NCBI GenBank assembly: GCA_020724845.1
Contig: DYGE01000001.1
Coordinates: forward strand, 58,218 to 122,217
Length of the DNA: 64,000 nucleotides
Reading direction: 5' to 3'
Source: Candidatus Paceibacter sp.
GTDB lineage: Bacteria > Patescibacteriota > Minisyncoccia > UBA6257 > 02-FULL-45-10c
The translations under genes and the position numbers were made by a program. Position 1 is the stretch's first letter; the number at the start of each line of letters is the position of its first letter. The notes beneath the pieces are model-generated. The model made no database searches. It had not been told where the DNA came from and was given only the letters and a program-made list of their open reading frames with translations. Shown piece by piece: positions 18,461 to 27,855 of the stretch.

Positions 18461-19354
18461 CTACATCTCTCGCAATGCCCTAACCCTCTCCTCTATCGGC
18501 GGATGGGTCATAAATAGTTTGTGCAGCCAAGAAGTTTTAGCCTTGCCTTTAAATGGGTCGGCAAGCCACAGGTGCGCGGTAGTGTTGTTGGCAACCCGAA
18601 GCGGAGTCGGATCGGAGGAAATTTTCTCCAGCGCTCTCGCAAGCCCTTCGGGGTAGCGGGTTAACAAAGCCCCGGACGCGTCTGCCAGATATTCCCTCTT
18701 CCGGGAAATAGCTAATTGCATCAAAGCGGCTCCAATCGGCGCGAGGATGGCGAAAGCCACCCCGATTAAAATCATTACCGGATGTAGATTGTCCCGATCG
18801 CGGCCGCCCATCCCCCGCCAAAAAAGAGATCTTAGAAAAAAATCAGAGGCAATAGAGATAAACCCCACTAAAATAACCGCCATAGTAGAGATGAGCATAT
18901 CCCGATTGCCAACGTGGGAGAGTTCGTGCGCCAAGACTCCTTCCAGCTCGGATCTGTCTAATCTCTGTAAAATTCCGGTGGTAACGGCTACGACCGCGTG
19001 CTTCGGATCCCGGCCTGTCGCGAAGGCATTCGGAGCCGGTTCGTTGATGATATAGATTTTCGGTACTGGCAGGCCGGCGGTAATCGCCAGATTTTCCACT
19101 ATATTATAAAGTTCGCGGGCATTTTCTCTGGTAACCGGCTGGGCATGGGCCATCTTCAAAACAATTTTATCAGAGAACCAATAACTAGTTATAGACATGC
19201 CAATACTAAAGATAACCGCAATATAAAGGATTGAGGGGTCGCCGAAAACTTGGGTAAACACCCAGCCGAGGCCGATGACTACAATTAGGAAGATAGTGAA
19301 CAGCGCCCACGTTTTACGAATGTTAGTGTCTTTGTGAGTATATAAATTGGCCAT
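18461..19354 (-). CDS. htpX: HtpX M48 zinc metalloprotease
   Basis: NAFATG, AHELSH, SRKREYLAD, THPP. Confidence 0.95.
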   Translation of the reverse strand: MANLYTHKDTNIRKTWALFTIFLIVVIGLGWVFTQVFGDPSILYIAVIFSIGMSITSYWFSDKIVLKMAHAQPVTRENARELYNIVENLAITAGLPVPKIYIINEPAPNAFATGRDPKHAVVAVTTGILQRLDRSELEGVLAHELSHVGNRDMLISTMAVILVGFISIASDFFLRSLFWRGMGGRDRDNLHPVMILIGVAFAILAPIGAALMQLAISRKREYLADASGALLTRYPEGLARALEKISSDPTPLRVANNTTAHLWLADPFKGKAKTSWLHKLFMTHPPIEERVRALREM

Positions 19355-19360
19355 ATTACA

Positions 19361-19440
19361 ATGAATTATGAATAAGGAATTAAGAATTAGGAATGAATTC
19401 AAAAACCATGATTCATGATCCTTGATTCATAACTCGTGAA
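19361..19440. repeat. Inverted heptamer repeat tract
   Basis: atgaatt atgaata aggaatt aagaatt... facing tgattca tgatcct tgattca. Confidence 0.7.
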
Positions 19441-19443
19441 GTC

Positions 19444-20001
19444 CTAAAATTTCACCGCTACAAGTTCTCTCTCCGCCGCAGTCTCCACTTCAAAGAATTT
19501 TTCTTCGTGGAATCCGAAGGGTTTGGCAATTAAGTTGGTTGGAAAGCTTTGGATTTTGGTATTTAAGGACATAACCATCGTGTTGTAAAAGCGGCGAGAT
19601 GCCTGGATTTTATTTTCCGTATCGGAAAGCTCGCGCTGCAAATCTAAAAAGTTGGCGTTGGCTTTCAGATCCGGATAATTTTCCGAGACCGCGAAAAGAG
19701 TTTTGAGGGTGTTGGAAAGCTGGCTTTCCGCCTCTTCCCTATTGATCGGGTTGCCTCCAGCGCCAGCTACTGCCGCGCGCGCCTTGGTTACATTTTCCAG
19801 CACGGATTTTTCATGCTGCATATAGCCCTTGACCGTTTCTACTAAATTAGGGATTAGGTTAAAGCGCCGCTTTAGTTGCACGTCAATGTCGGAAAGGGCT
19901 TCTTTTGCCCGATTTCTCAATCGAACTAAGCTGTTAAATGTAAAAACTAGCCATAAGGCCGCGACCGCTAAAACTATTAATAAAATTGTGAGTGTATTCA
20001 T
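19444..20001 (-). CDS. lemA: LemA family protein
   Basis: IDVQLKRR, ENYPDLKAN, RRFYN, FPTNLIA. Confidence 0.95.
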   Translation of the reverse strand: MNTLTILLIVLAVAALWLVFTFNSLVRLRNRAKEALSDIDVQLKRRFNLIPNLVETVKGYMQHEKSVLENVTKARAAVAGAGGNPINREEAESQLSNTLKTLFAVSENYPDLKANANFLDLQRELSDTENKIQASRRFYNTMVMSLNTKIQSFPTNLIAKPFGFHEEKFFEVETAAERELVAVKF

Positions 20002-20060
20002 ATGAATTTATTATAGTATTTTTCAGAAAAAATAAAAACCCTGACTATGTCAGGGCTGGT

Positions 20061-20507
20061 TCACAGATCCTCCGGCGGCAGCACCCTCCGCGGCCTAAGC
20101 CGCTCTTTTCTCTCTTGTTCCTGTTTTTTCTTTAGCTTTTCAAGGAATTTTTGCCAGAGCCGGACGTCTTCCTTGCTGCGCACAACGACGATGGCTTTTT
20201 CGGCCATCAGCCAAATACTGATTGGCGGCTTGTCGTCGGCATTGGTAATGTCAAGGGTAGTATAGTTTTTCTCGCCATCTACCAGAATGACTTCAACGGC
20301 CTCTAGTGGAACGGATATGTTCAGCAGCCGACCGTCAACCAGGGCGTCTTTAAAGGTAACTGAAATTTTATCCAATCCAAGGTAGTCGGCGGAACGGAAG
20401 GTGATGCTGGAGTAGGAAACTTTTGCGGCATACGAGGGCGATGAAAGAGCAATCAGGCAAGCCATAAAAAGAGTTTTCAGCGGGATCCGGAGATGTTTTG
20501 CCATCAT
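20061..20507 (-). CDS. Hypothetical secreted protein
   Basis: Signal peptide; TTGACT-17-TAAGCT promoter, SD GAGGAGG. Confidence 0.7.
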   Translation of the reverse strand: MMAKHLRIPLKTLFMACLIALSSPSYAAKVSYSSITFRSADYLGLDKISVTFKDALVDGRLLNISVPLEAVEVILVDGEKNYTTLDITNADDKPPISIWLMAEKAIVVVRSKEDVRLWQKFLEKLKKKQEQERKERLRPRRVLPPEDL

Positions 20508-20577
20508 TCGCCTCCTCTGGTCCGAACTAAGCAGTAGCTTATCTTAAAAATTCCGAACAGTCAACAAAAAACCCGCG

Positions 20578-21147
20578 TTACCGCGGGGATTTTTCTTCCT
20601 CAACTTCTGCTTTCTCCTCTTTCTTTTTTCCAGCAACTTTCCCATTCTTCTTTTTCCTGTAAGTCATAAATACGCATCTGACCTTTTTATCCTTCCCCTC
20701 CTTGCAATCTACCGCATCGCTTCTGATTTCTTCCCATTCGTCGCCGAATTCCGGGAAGTAAGCGTCTCCTTCGCATTCTCGGTCAACTAAAGTAAGAAAC
20801 ATCACATCCGCGGCTTCCATAGCTTGCTTGTAAATTTCCGCTCCGCCGATAACGTAAACGTTCCTATGCTGGGCGAATTCCAGGGCTCCGGCAAGAGTGC
20901 TGACCACAATACAGCTTTGTGGAACGCGATCCCGATAATCCAACTGCTTAGTCACGATAATGTTGACGCGGTTTGGCAATGGCTGGCCGATTGATTCATA
21001 AGTTTTCCGGCCCATAATCACGAATTTTCCATCTGTCAGCTGCCTGAAACGCTTCATGTCCTTGGCAATTTTGCCCCACGGAAGCTTGTTATCTTTGCCG
21101 ATAACTCTGTTTTTGGACATCGCGGCAACGATAAAGATTTTTTTCAT
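20578..21147 (-). CDS. folA: Dihydrofolate reductase
   Basis: NKLPW, IMGRKTYESI, LPNR, IGGAEIY, GDAYFP. Confidence 0.96.
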   Translation of the reverse strand: MKKIFIVAAMSKNRVIGKDNKLPWGKIAKDMKRFRQLTDGKFVIMGRKTYESIGQPLPNRVNIIVTKQLDYRDRVPQSCIVVSTLAGALEFAQHRNVYVIGGAEIYKQAMEAADVMFLTLVDRECEGDAYFPEFGDEWEEIRSDAVDCKEGKDKKVRCVFMTYRKKKNGKVAGKKKEEKAEVEEEKSPR

Positions 21148-21941
21148 TAGACTGACACCTTCCCTTTAATGGCCGGGTGCGGGTCGTAGCCAATCAACTC
21201 AAAATCTTCGTAGCGGAAGTCAAAAATGGAATCTACTTTCCGTTTGATCAACATCCTCGGAAGAGGCCGCGGCTCTCTGGAGAGCTGCAGCTTAACCTGC
21301 TCAAAGTGATTTCGATAAATATGCGCGTCGCCGAGAGTGTGTACGAACTCTCCGAGTTCCAGATTAGTTACGTGCGCGACCATTTGAGTTAGAAGCGCGT
21401 AGGACGCGATATTAAACGGCACGCCCAGGAACATGTCGCAGCTTCTCTGATAAAGCAGGCAAGAAAGCCGGCCATTGGCTACGAAAAATTGGAAAAGGCA
21501 GTGGCATGGCGGAAGCGCCATCTGGTCAACGTCCGCGGGATTCCAAGCGCTGACGATAATTCGGCGGCTGTTAGGATTATTCTTAATCGTTTCAACCGCG
21601 TTAGCTATCTGGTCAATGCTTCTGCCGTCGGGCGCGGGCCAGGATCTCCACTGGTATCCATAAACCGGACCTAGGTTGCCGTTCTCGTCCGCCCATTCGT
21701 CCCAAATAGTAACTTTGTTCTCTTTAAGATATCTGATGTTAGTGTCCCCTTTCAGGAACCATAGAAGTTCGTGAACAATGCTTCGCAGATGGCATTTCTT
21801 GGTAGTAACAAGCGGGAAACCTTGTGAAAGGTCAAATCTCATTTGTCTTCCGAAAACTCCTCGGGTGCCGGTGCCGGTTCGGTCCGGCCGATCCACGCCG
21901 TTTTTCAGGATGTCATCCAACACTTCTAGGTATTGCTTCAT
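21147..21941 (-). CDS. thyA: Thymidylate synthase
   Basis: [29 protein letters not shown]. Confidence 0.98.
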   Translation of the reverse strand: MKQYLEVLDDILKNGVDRPDRTGTGTRGVFGRQMRFDLSQGFPLVTTKKCHLRSIVHELLWFLKGDTNIRYLKENKVTIWDEWADENGNLGPVYGYQWRSWPAPDGRSIDQIANAVETIKNNPNSRRIIVSAWNPADVDQMALPPCHCLFQFFVANGRLSCLLYQRSCDMFLGVPFNIASYALLTQMVAHVTNLELGEFVHTLGDAHIYRNHFEQVKLQLSREPRPLPRMLIKRKVDSIFDFRYEDFELIGYDPHPAIKGKVSV

Positions 21942-22008
21942 TGCCTAGCCTCGTTTCTAGTTTTGTAGAGCTGTTAATTATTTTAAACTGGTCAAAAAAT
22001 AATGCAAA

Positions 22009-22054
22009 TTTACCTTATATTATCCCAGCCATGGCTGGGATAATATAAGGTAAA
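22009..22054. repeat. Perfect 46-bp palindrome
   Basis: tttaccttatattatcccagcca|tggctgggataatataaggtaaa. Confidence 0.9.
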
Positions 22055-22080
22055 ACCCGCGTTTGGACGCGGGTAATTAT

Positions 22081-22641
22081 TTACTCATTCCAGTCAGTCG
22101 GGAATTGCTCTTCAATTCGGAGAGGATGCTTCATGGTGAGGAGGCCGCCGGGGCCTTGGTGGAATTTAATTGCTTTCTGCATGATTTCCACTATGTTAGT
22201 ATCAAGCTTCTCCAAGGTTATCTCTTTCTCGGCGCAAATCCTCCGCTGCTCTCTATCAAATTCCTCGCTGCGGTATTCTTCAAGGTAATAAATATGCTTT
22301 ATTTCTTTGCTGACCAAAATATCAAAACATCTCTGGCATGGCCTGGTAGTGGCGAAAGCATAGCCGCCTCTTTTAGGGCAGCGCTTGCCGGCGAAAAGAA
22401 CCGCGTTTTTTTCCGCGTGAGTGATTCTCTCGCAGTGGCCGTTAACCATCAAGCATTCGTCTTCGTCGCATTGCGGCGCACCGGCTGGAGCCCCATTGTA
22501 TCCGGTAGAGACAATGACCTTGTGAATGTTAAACAATACGCAGCCAACGATTTTTCTACGACAAGTAGCGCGACAAGAAGCCGCGAAAGCCATGAACGCG
22601 CCGTACTCCAAAAAACTCAACCGCGGCGGATTTTCTGCCAT
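22081..22641 (-). CDS. dCMP deaminase (ComEB-like)
   Basis: TGYNGAP, HAEKNA, PCQRC. Confidence 0.92.
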   Translation of the reverse strand: MAENPPRLSFLEYGAFMAFAASCRATCRRKIVGCVLFNIHKVIVSTGYNGAPAGAPQCDEDECLMVNGHCERITHAEKNAVLFAGKRCPKRGGYAFATTRPCQRCFDILVSKEIKHIYYLEEYRSEEFDREQRRICAEKEITLEKLDTNIVEIMQKAIKFHQGPGGLLTMKHPLRIEEQFPTDWNE

Positions 22642-22680
22642 TATTATTCTCCTGAAGGAAGCTAGTAACACCATAAACTA

Positions 22681-22710
22681 AAAACCCGCCTGATTCAACA
22701 GGCGGGTTTT
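22681..22710. terminator. groEL terminator
   Basis: aaaacccgcctg...caggcgggtttt. Confidence 0.8.
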
Positions 22711-22722
22711 TATCAGAACGCC

Positions 22723-24384
22723 CTACATCCCCATCATTCCTCCTGGCGGCATAGCTGGTCCGGCATTCTTATCTTTCGGTTCCGGTTTGTCGGTTAGAGC
22801 CACGCCAGCTACAAGATAGTTTGTTGCAACCGAAAGTGCATTTAAGAATGCAGTCTTGGTAACTTTCAGCGGGTCAATAATTCCTGCTTTTTTGAGGTCG
22901 TCAATTTTATTCGTTCCGGCATTGAATCCAAGCCACAATTTTTCTTCACCTTCAGACTCTTCTTTCCGTTTTTTTAGTTCCGTAATGATTGTTGAGGTGG
23001 GTTCCCCACTGTTTTCGATGATGGAGGTTAATGGAGCCTCTAAAGCTCTGCGCATTATCCTCTTTACGGAATCTACCAATTCTTCAGTTTCTACAGAAGT
23101 ATTTAGGACTTCTGGTTTAATATTGAATAAAGCACTGCCTCCGCCTGGAACAATGCCCTCTTCCATAGCTGCTCGGGTCGCGTGAACCGCGTCCTCTACC
23201 CTTTGTTTTAATTCTTTTTGAGCGGATTCAGTGGGAGCGCCGACCTTGATGACAGCTACTCCGCCGGACAATTTGCCGATTCTTTCCTGTAGTTTTTCTT
23301 TGTCAAAATCGGAATCAGTTTTTTTCAGCTGCTGTTTGAGCTGTTCAACTCTTTTTTCAATATCTTCTTTAGAGCCCTTGCCGTCAACGATGGTGGTGTC
23401 GTCTTTAGTAGAAACCACTCGGTGAGCTTGCCCTAAATCGGCCAACTCAACGGAATCAAGTTTCTTATCGAGCTCTTTGGAGATGAAATTCGCTCCGGTG
23501 ACGGTGCAGATGTCTTGGAGCATCTCTTTTCGGCGATCGCCGAATCCCGGCGCCTTAACCGCCAAAACTGTAAAGATTCCGCGCAATCTGTTTACCACTA
23601 AAGTCGCGAGGGCTTCTCCCTCCACGTCTTCAGCCACTACCACCAGCTCTTTCCTCCCGGCTTGCACTAATTTTTCCAAAAGCGGCAGAAATTCCTGGAC
23701 AGAAGAGATTTTTTCATCAGTTACTAAAATATAAGGATTATCCAGAGCGGCCTCCATCCTTTCCGGATTAGTAACCATATATTGTGAGATGTAACCGCGG
23801 TCAAATCGCATACCTTCCACGAATTCGTAGGAATTGGAAATGGTGTTGGAATCTTCAACGGTCACTACTCCGTCTCCGCCTACTTTAGTCATAACTTCGG
23901 CGATCAGTTTGCCGATTTCTTTGTTTTTGGCGGAAAGAGTGGCGACTTCCTCAATTTTTTTGCTATCGTTGATAGTCTCTTTCTGTTTTTCTAATCCTTC
24001 AGTTACAGCTTTACTAGCCGCTTTTAGTTCTACAGCTAGCTGTATGACATTTAACCCCTTTTTTGCAATTTCCTTCTCTGCCTCATCAATCATGGCGTGC
24101 GCTAAAACTACCGAGGTGGTAGTTCCGTCGCCTACGTTATCATTGGTTTTATCGGCGGCCTGCTTAATAAGCTCGGCGCCAAGATTTTCGAATTTATCTT
24201 CCAGCTCAATTTCTTTAGCAACGGTTACACCGTCAAAAGTAACTTGCGGGGCTCCGTAGCCTTTTTCCATTACTGCCGCGCGCCCTCTTGGGCCGAGGGT
24301 CATTTTGACCGCGCTGGCCAGAGTATCTATTCCTTTTTTAAGCGCCGCTCGCGCTTCTTCGTTAAATAAAATTTGTTTTGCCAT
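22723..24384 (-). CDS. groEL: Chaperonin GroEL
   Basis: GDGTTT, APGFGDRRK, GGM tail. Confidence 0.98.
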   Translation of the reverse strand: MAKQILFNEEARAALKKGIDTLASAVKMTLGPRGRAAVMEKGYGAPQVTFDGVTVAKEIELEDKFENLGAELIKQAADKTNDNVGDGTTTSVVLAHAMIDEAEKEIAKKGLNVIQLAVELKAASKAVTEGLEKQKETINDSKKIEEVATLSAKNKEIGKLIAEVMTKVGGDGVVTVEDSNTISNSYEFVEGMRFDRGYISQYMVTNPERMEAALDNPYILVTDEKISSVQEFLPLLEKLVQAGRKELVVVAEDVEGEALATLVVNRLRGIFTVLAVKAPGFGDRRKEMLQDICTVTGANFISKELDKKLDSVELADLGQAHRVVSTKDDTTIVDGKGSKEDIEKRVEQLKQQLKKTDSDFDKEKLQERIGKLSGGVAVIKVGAPTESAQKELKQRVEDAVHATRAAMEEGIVPGGGSALFNIKPEVLNTSVETEELVDSVKRIMRRALEAPLTSIIENSGEPTSTIITELKKRKEESEGEEKLWLGFNAGTNKIDDLKKAGIIDPLKVTKTAFLNALSVATNYLVAGVALTDKPEPKDKNAGPAMPPGGMMGM

Positions 24385-24391
24385 TCTTTGG

Positions 24392-24475
24392 AGCGTATAG
24401 CGGTTAGCGTATAGCGGTTAGGTTTTTTAAAAAACAGGTAATTTCCCAAACGCTTAACGCTTTACGCTGAACGCT
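24392..24475. repeat. Inverted heptamer repeat tract between groES and groEL
   Basis: agcgtat agcggtt twice, facing aaacgct taacgct ttacgct gaacgct. Confidence 0.8.
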
Positions 24476-24764
24476 ATTCTATTATTGCTAAAATGTCCGC
24501 TTCCTCCCCGACTAAATATTTTTTGCCGTCGACTTCCAGCTCATCGGGGCCGTATTTTTTAAATAAAACTAAATCTCCGACTTTCACTGACATTGGGACC
24601 CGTTTGCCATTTTCGTCCAGCTTGCCGGGACCAACAGCGACCACCTTGCCTTTAATCGGCTTTTCTTTTTCAGCTGTTTCAGGCAAGACGATGCCGGATT
24701 TAGTTGTTTTTTCTTCTTCGACTGATTCTATAAAAACGTGATCGTTTAATGGTTTTAGGTTCAT
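24474..24764 (-). CDS. groES: Co-chaperonin GroES
   Basis: [19 protein letters not shown]. Confidence 0.98.
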   Translation of the reverse strand: MNLKPLNDHVFIESVEEEKTTKSGIVLPETAEKEKPIKGKVVAVGPGKLDENGKRVPMSVKVGDLVLFKKYGPDELEVDGKKYLVGEEADILAIIE

Positions 24765-24808
24765 CTTTTTATATATTTTATTTTTACGACTAAGATAAAT
24801 TATAGCAA

Positions 24809-24835
24809 TTAGCAGTCAAGCGTCAAGAGTGCTAA
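24809..24835. promoter_or_regulatory. CIRCE element (HrcA operator) overlapping the groESL promoter
   Basis: Minus strand TTAGCACTC-N9-GACTGCTAA, followed by TGCTATAAT. Confidence 0.9.
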
Positions 24836-24868
24836 TTTCTACGCATTATAAAACCCTCGCTTGAGGGT

Positions 24869-25555
24869 TTAGGTTGCTTGGGCGGATAGGGCCTTTTTAA
24901 TCAGCTGCGACCACTGCTCTCTTAGTTTTTTTACCTGTTTTTTCTGTTGAAAGAAGCTGCGCATGTCAACAATGCCGTCTCTGGTCATATTTACTACGAA
25001 AAACAACCTAACTTTAGGATATTTCTCTTCATGCACTACGGCCTTTTCAAAATAATCCAGATAATGCTCTAGCTCTTCATAGAGGTCCAGCAGAGTTTCA
25101 GGATTCTTGGCTGAATTTAACCTATAAAAAAAATTAGTGGAGTTTGCATGTTTATTGAATTCTTCCCATATGCAAGAATCGTTTTTCAGCAAATTTGACC
25201 TTCTGAAGTGATAAAGCAGGGTTCGGATATATTTTTTTATGAAATTAACGTGCAAAATGTTTTTTCGTTCTTTTGTCTTCAATTTGATCTTTTGCTTGCC
25301 GCTTTTGATTCTGCTCCGCTTCTCTTGCAGAGTTTTCTGGTCAAGTTTGCGGAAAACTTTGATTTGAATCGGCAGCGCCTTCCCGCCTTTTTGGGGAACT
25401 ACGAAAAAATCTTTGCCTTGTTTGTCTCTGGCGCTATTTGGTTCGGTATGGGTTACCAGCCAATAATTTTCTTTCTTAGCGATCCACTTAAGGATTTCGT
25501 GAGCTATCCTTTCAGCGGGCCGGTCGTGTGTTCTGCAAACCTGGCACTGGACCAA
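24869..25555 (-). CDS. Putative PD-(D/E)XK-fold nuclease
   Basis: E...DKQGKDFFV...PIQIK; TTGAAA-17-TAAGAT promoter, SD AGGAG. Confidence 0.5.
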   Translation of the reverse strand: MVQCQVCRTHDRPAERIAHEILKWIAKKENYWLVTHTEPNSARDKQGKDFFVVPQKGGKALPIQIKVFRKLDQKTLQEKRSRIKSGKQKIKLKTKERKNILHVNFIKKYIRTLLYHFRRSNLLKNDSCIWEEFNKHANSTNFFYRLNSAKNPETLLDLYEELEHYLDYFEKAVVHEEKYPKVRLFFVVNMTRDGIVDMRSFFQQKKQVKKLREQWSQLIKKALSAQAT

Positions 25556-25674
25556 GGCGAGCTCCTATGCGGTTTTCGAGGAAGAATAACTTTATCTTAT
25601 AGTCTTTCTGGTATTATTTCAATGCGGGGTAGCTCTCTCTTGGTCATTCGGGCTTCGCGGTGGGGACAAAGTGT

Positions 25675-25820
25675 CATAACCAGAAAGTATCCTCTTACCG
25701 GCACCAGCGTTCGCTGATTCCTGCGATCAGCGCCGCTTACGTCTCATCCTGATTTTCGCAAGCGAACCGAGCAAATCAGGATTCCGTCAGTTGCCGCACA
25801 GAGGATACTTTCTGGTTATG
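25675..25820. mobile_element. 146-bp MITE/REP-like element with 21-bp terminal inverted repeats
   Basis: cataaccagaaagtatcctct ... agaggatactttctggttatg, with internal hairpins. Confidence 0.6.
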
Positions 25821-25856
25821 CTTATCAGGTGGAGGTGTTATCCAAAAGAGAGCGCG

Positions 25857-26549
25857 CTACTCCAGGGTTCGCTTCAGGTATTCTTGTATTCTTTTAGTGT
25901 CAGGATGAAATTCTAATTCTTCGTCACTGATGATGATTCTGGGTTTGTATACGCTTGCCCGATTCGCAGCGATTTCTATTTTTTTAATTTGGATTTTCTT
26001 TAGTATTTTTTCCAGCCAGTCTCCAAGTGTCTCTTCTAAAAGCCATTCCAGCATTTTTTTTATTCGGCCGTCTTTTTTATACTTGTGCCGAGGATTTTCC
26101 TGATAAAGCCGGGCTTCGCCGATCCAATCTTCATTAGCGCGATAAAAGCGCTGAATTAGTGTAGTGTTGCCTAAAATTGGGATTACAGAGAGATATAGCT
26201 TTTTCCAATACTCATTATATGGAGGCGACAGCCGGTAAGATCGCGGCGAAACAAAGTGGCTGAAACACAGTTTGTCTTTAAAGTTGTCGGTTGTCGGTTG
26301 TCGGTTGTTAGCCGGATGTTTCGCCCACCAACCGAGCGGCTTGAAGATTAGAAAGCAGAAAAACCGCACCGTAAAAATCCTTTCCTCCCTGGCACCGACG
26401 ATTACATCAAAATCTGAATCTTCGCGCATATTTCCGGTTGCCAGCGATCCGGCAGCAAAGACAAAATCAATGAAAGGGATGTATTGAAGCGGCCAGCAGC
26501 GTTTTAGGAATTTATGCCACTTTTGTTCATGTAGGTTTTGTCTTGACAT
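25857..26549 (-). CDS. Nucleotidyltransferase-domain protein
   Basis: GSLATGNMREDSDFDV (GS...DxD). Confidence 0.8.
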   Translation of the reverse strand: MSRQNLHEQKWHKFLKRCWPLQYIPFIDFVFAAGSLATGNMREDSDFDVIVGAREERIFTVRFFCFLIFKPLGWWAKHPANNRQPTTDNFKDKLCFSHFVSPRSYRLSPPYNEYWKKLYLSVIPILGNTTLIQRFYRANEDWIGEARLYQENPRHKYKKDGRIKKMLEWLLEETLGDWLEKILKKIQIKKIEIAANRASVYKPRIIISDEELEFHPDTKRIQEYLKRTLE

Positions 26550-26577
26550 ATCCAGCTAGTATTGGTATCATGTGCTC

Positions 26578-26686
26578 GAGGTTAACAACGCTTGGTCATG
26601 TACCTTGCTTGGGTGCCCCATGTAAAGTGGGCGCTGTCCTCTCCGGTCCCCCCTGCACAAGCGCGCTTGTGCAGGGGGCATTTTTA
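26578..26686 (+). ncRNA. Candidate small RNA
   Basis: TTGACA(26543)-17-TATCAT(26566) with TGn extension; 30-bp palindromic stem followed by a T tract. Confidence 0.5.
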
Positions 26687-27730
26687 TTCTTCTTGTAATA
26701 TTTCGGGGCGCCCTAAGAGTTCCGGCTCTATACCTACGGCCTGGTCGGTAATCTTTAGCACGTCTTTATCAATTTTGCCGAGTTCCTTATAGGCGCTGTT
26801 GTACATATTTACTGAAGTTCCCAGATGCGTTCCCAATTTTTGCATATATGATTCGTAGCTGGACAGATGTTTGCCAAGCGCTTCAACTCTCTTTCGGATT
26901 TCTTTTGCCGATTCTTCAATCTGCAAAGCTTTAAGGCCTTGAAGCACGGTCTGCAAATAAGCGAGGAAGGAAGTCGGAGAAACGATGATGACATGCCTAT
27001 CCTTAAAGGCGTATTGGATAAGATCCTGCGTATTTGCTTTAACCGCGCCTACTTTGTTGATCAGCAGATCGTAGTAAATCGCTTCGGCGGGAATAAACAT
27101 AAAAGCGAATTCCATCGTCCCCTCCTCCGGCTTTACATATTTAGCGGTTTCATCGATGCGGTTTTTTAAATCCTGCCGGAAAGCTTTTTCCAGCTCTTCT
27201 CGAGTTTCTTGGTCGCGCGCCTCTAAAATTCGGTTGTAATTTTCCAAACTGAATTTGGAGTCAATAGGGATTATTTTGTCCTGAACGAAAATAACCGCAT
27301 CCACGATAGTCCCATCCTTGAATGGATATTGCATCTGATATCGCCCCGGGGGAAGGACATTTTTAAGGAGCGTTTCCAGATAATATTCACCCAGCACTCC
27401 GCGCTGTTTCGGATTTTTGAGGATATCCTGCAAGTTCTGCAGCTGGTCGGCAAAGCTGACGACTTGCTTGTTGGTTTCATCCAATTTGGCGAGGCGTTCG
27501 GTAACATCCCGGATAATCCGGGCGCTTTCTGAAAATTGCCTCTGCATTGAACGGGTTGACTCGCCTATTTTGGAATCCAAAGTATTCCTAATTTCGTGAA
27601 GCTGGCTTTGGAGCATGACCAGAGACTGCTCATCTCTTCTTGTCTCCGGTTTTTGGCTGCGCAAAGCCCAAAATACAGTGGCGAATCCGAGCACTACAAC
27701 TATTAAAATTAATATTGAAAAAATATCCAC
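26684..27730 (-). CDS. rmuC: DNA recombination protein RmuC
   Basis: RGVLGE, IPIDSKF, FMFIPAEAIY, SPTSF. Confidence 0.93.
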   Translation of the reverse strand: MDIFSILILIVVVLGFATVFWALRSQKPETRRDEQSLVMLQSQLHEIRNTLDSKIGESTRSMQRQFSESARIIRDVTERLAKLDETNKQVVSFADQLQNLQDILKNPKQRGVLGEYYLETLLKNVLPPGRYQMQYPFKDGTIVDAVIFVQDKIIPIDSKFSLENYNRILEARDQETREELEKAFRQDLKNRIDETAKYVKPEEGTMEFAFMFIPAEAIYYDLLINKVGAVKANTQDLIQYAFKDRHVIIVSPTSFLAYLQTVLQGLKALQIEESAKEIRKRVEALGKHLSSYESYMQKLGTHLGTSVNMYNSAYKELGKIDKDVLKITDQAVGIEPELLGRPEILQEE

Positions 27731-27855
27731 CCCGTTAGAGCCAGGTCGTCTTTAGACGACCGTAACTCGGGCGGCTAAATTGTTTCTGGCGATTAATTAT
27801 GATTCTTAAAATAAAATATAGTTTAGCAGACATAGCTTGATTGGCTCTAACGGGG
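27730..27855. mobile_element. 126-bp MITE with 14-bp TIRs and 4-bp target-site duplication
   Basis: ccccgttagagcca...tggctctaacgggg flanked by tcca (27726-27729 and 27856-27859). Confidence 0.8.

Noticed and set aside
22856..24741. Plus-strand ORFs opposite groEL/groES, and similar shadow ORFs elsewhere (e.g. 38963-39484, 53114-53551)
   Set aside because: Antisense shadows of well-supported genes, with no motifs or start signals.
25630..25856. Hammerhead or HDV-like ribozyme, SRP RNA or RNase P RNA
   Set aside because: The conserved cores could not be assembled by eye.
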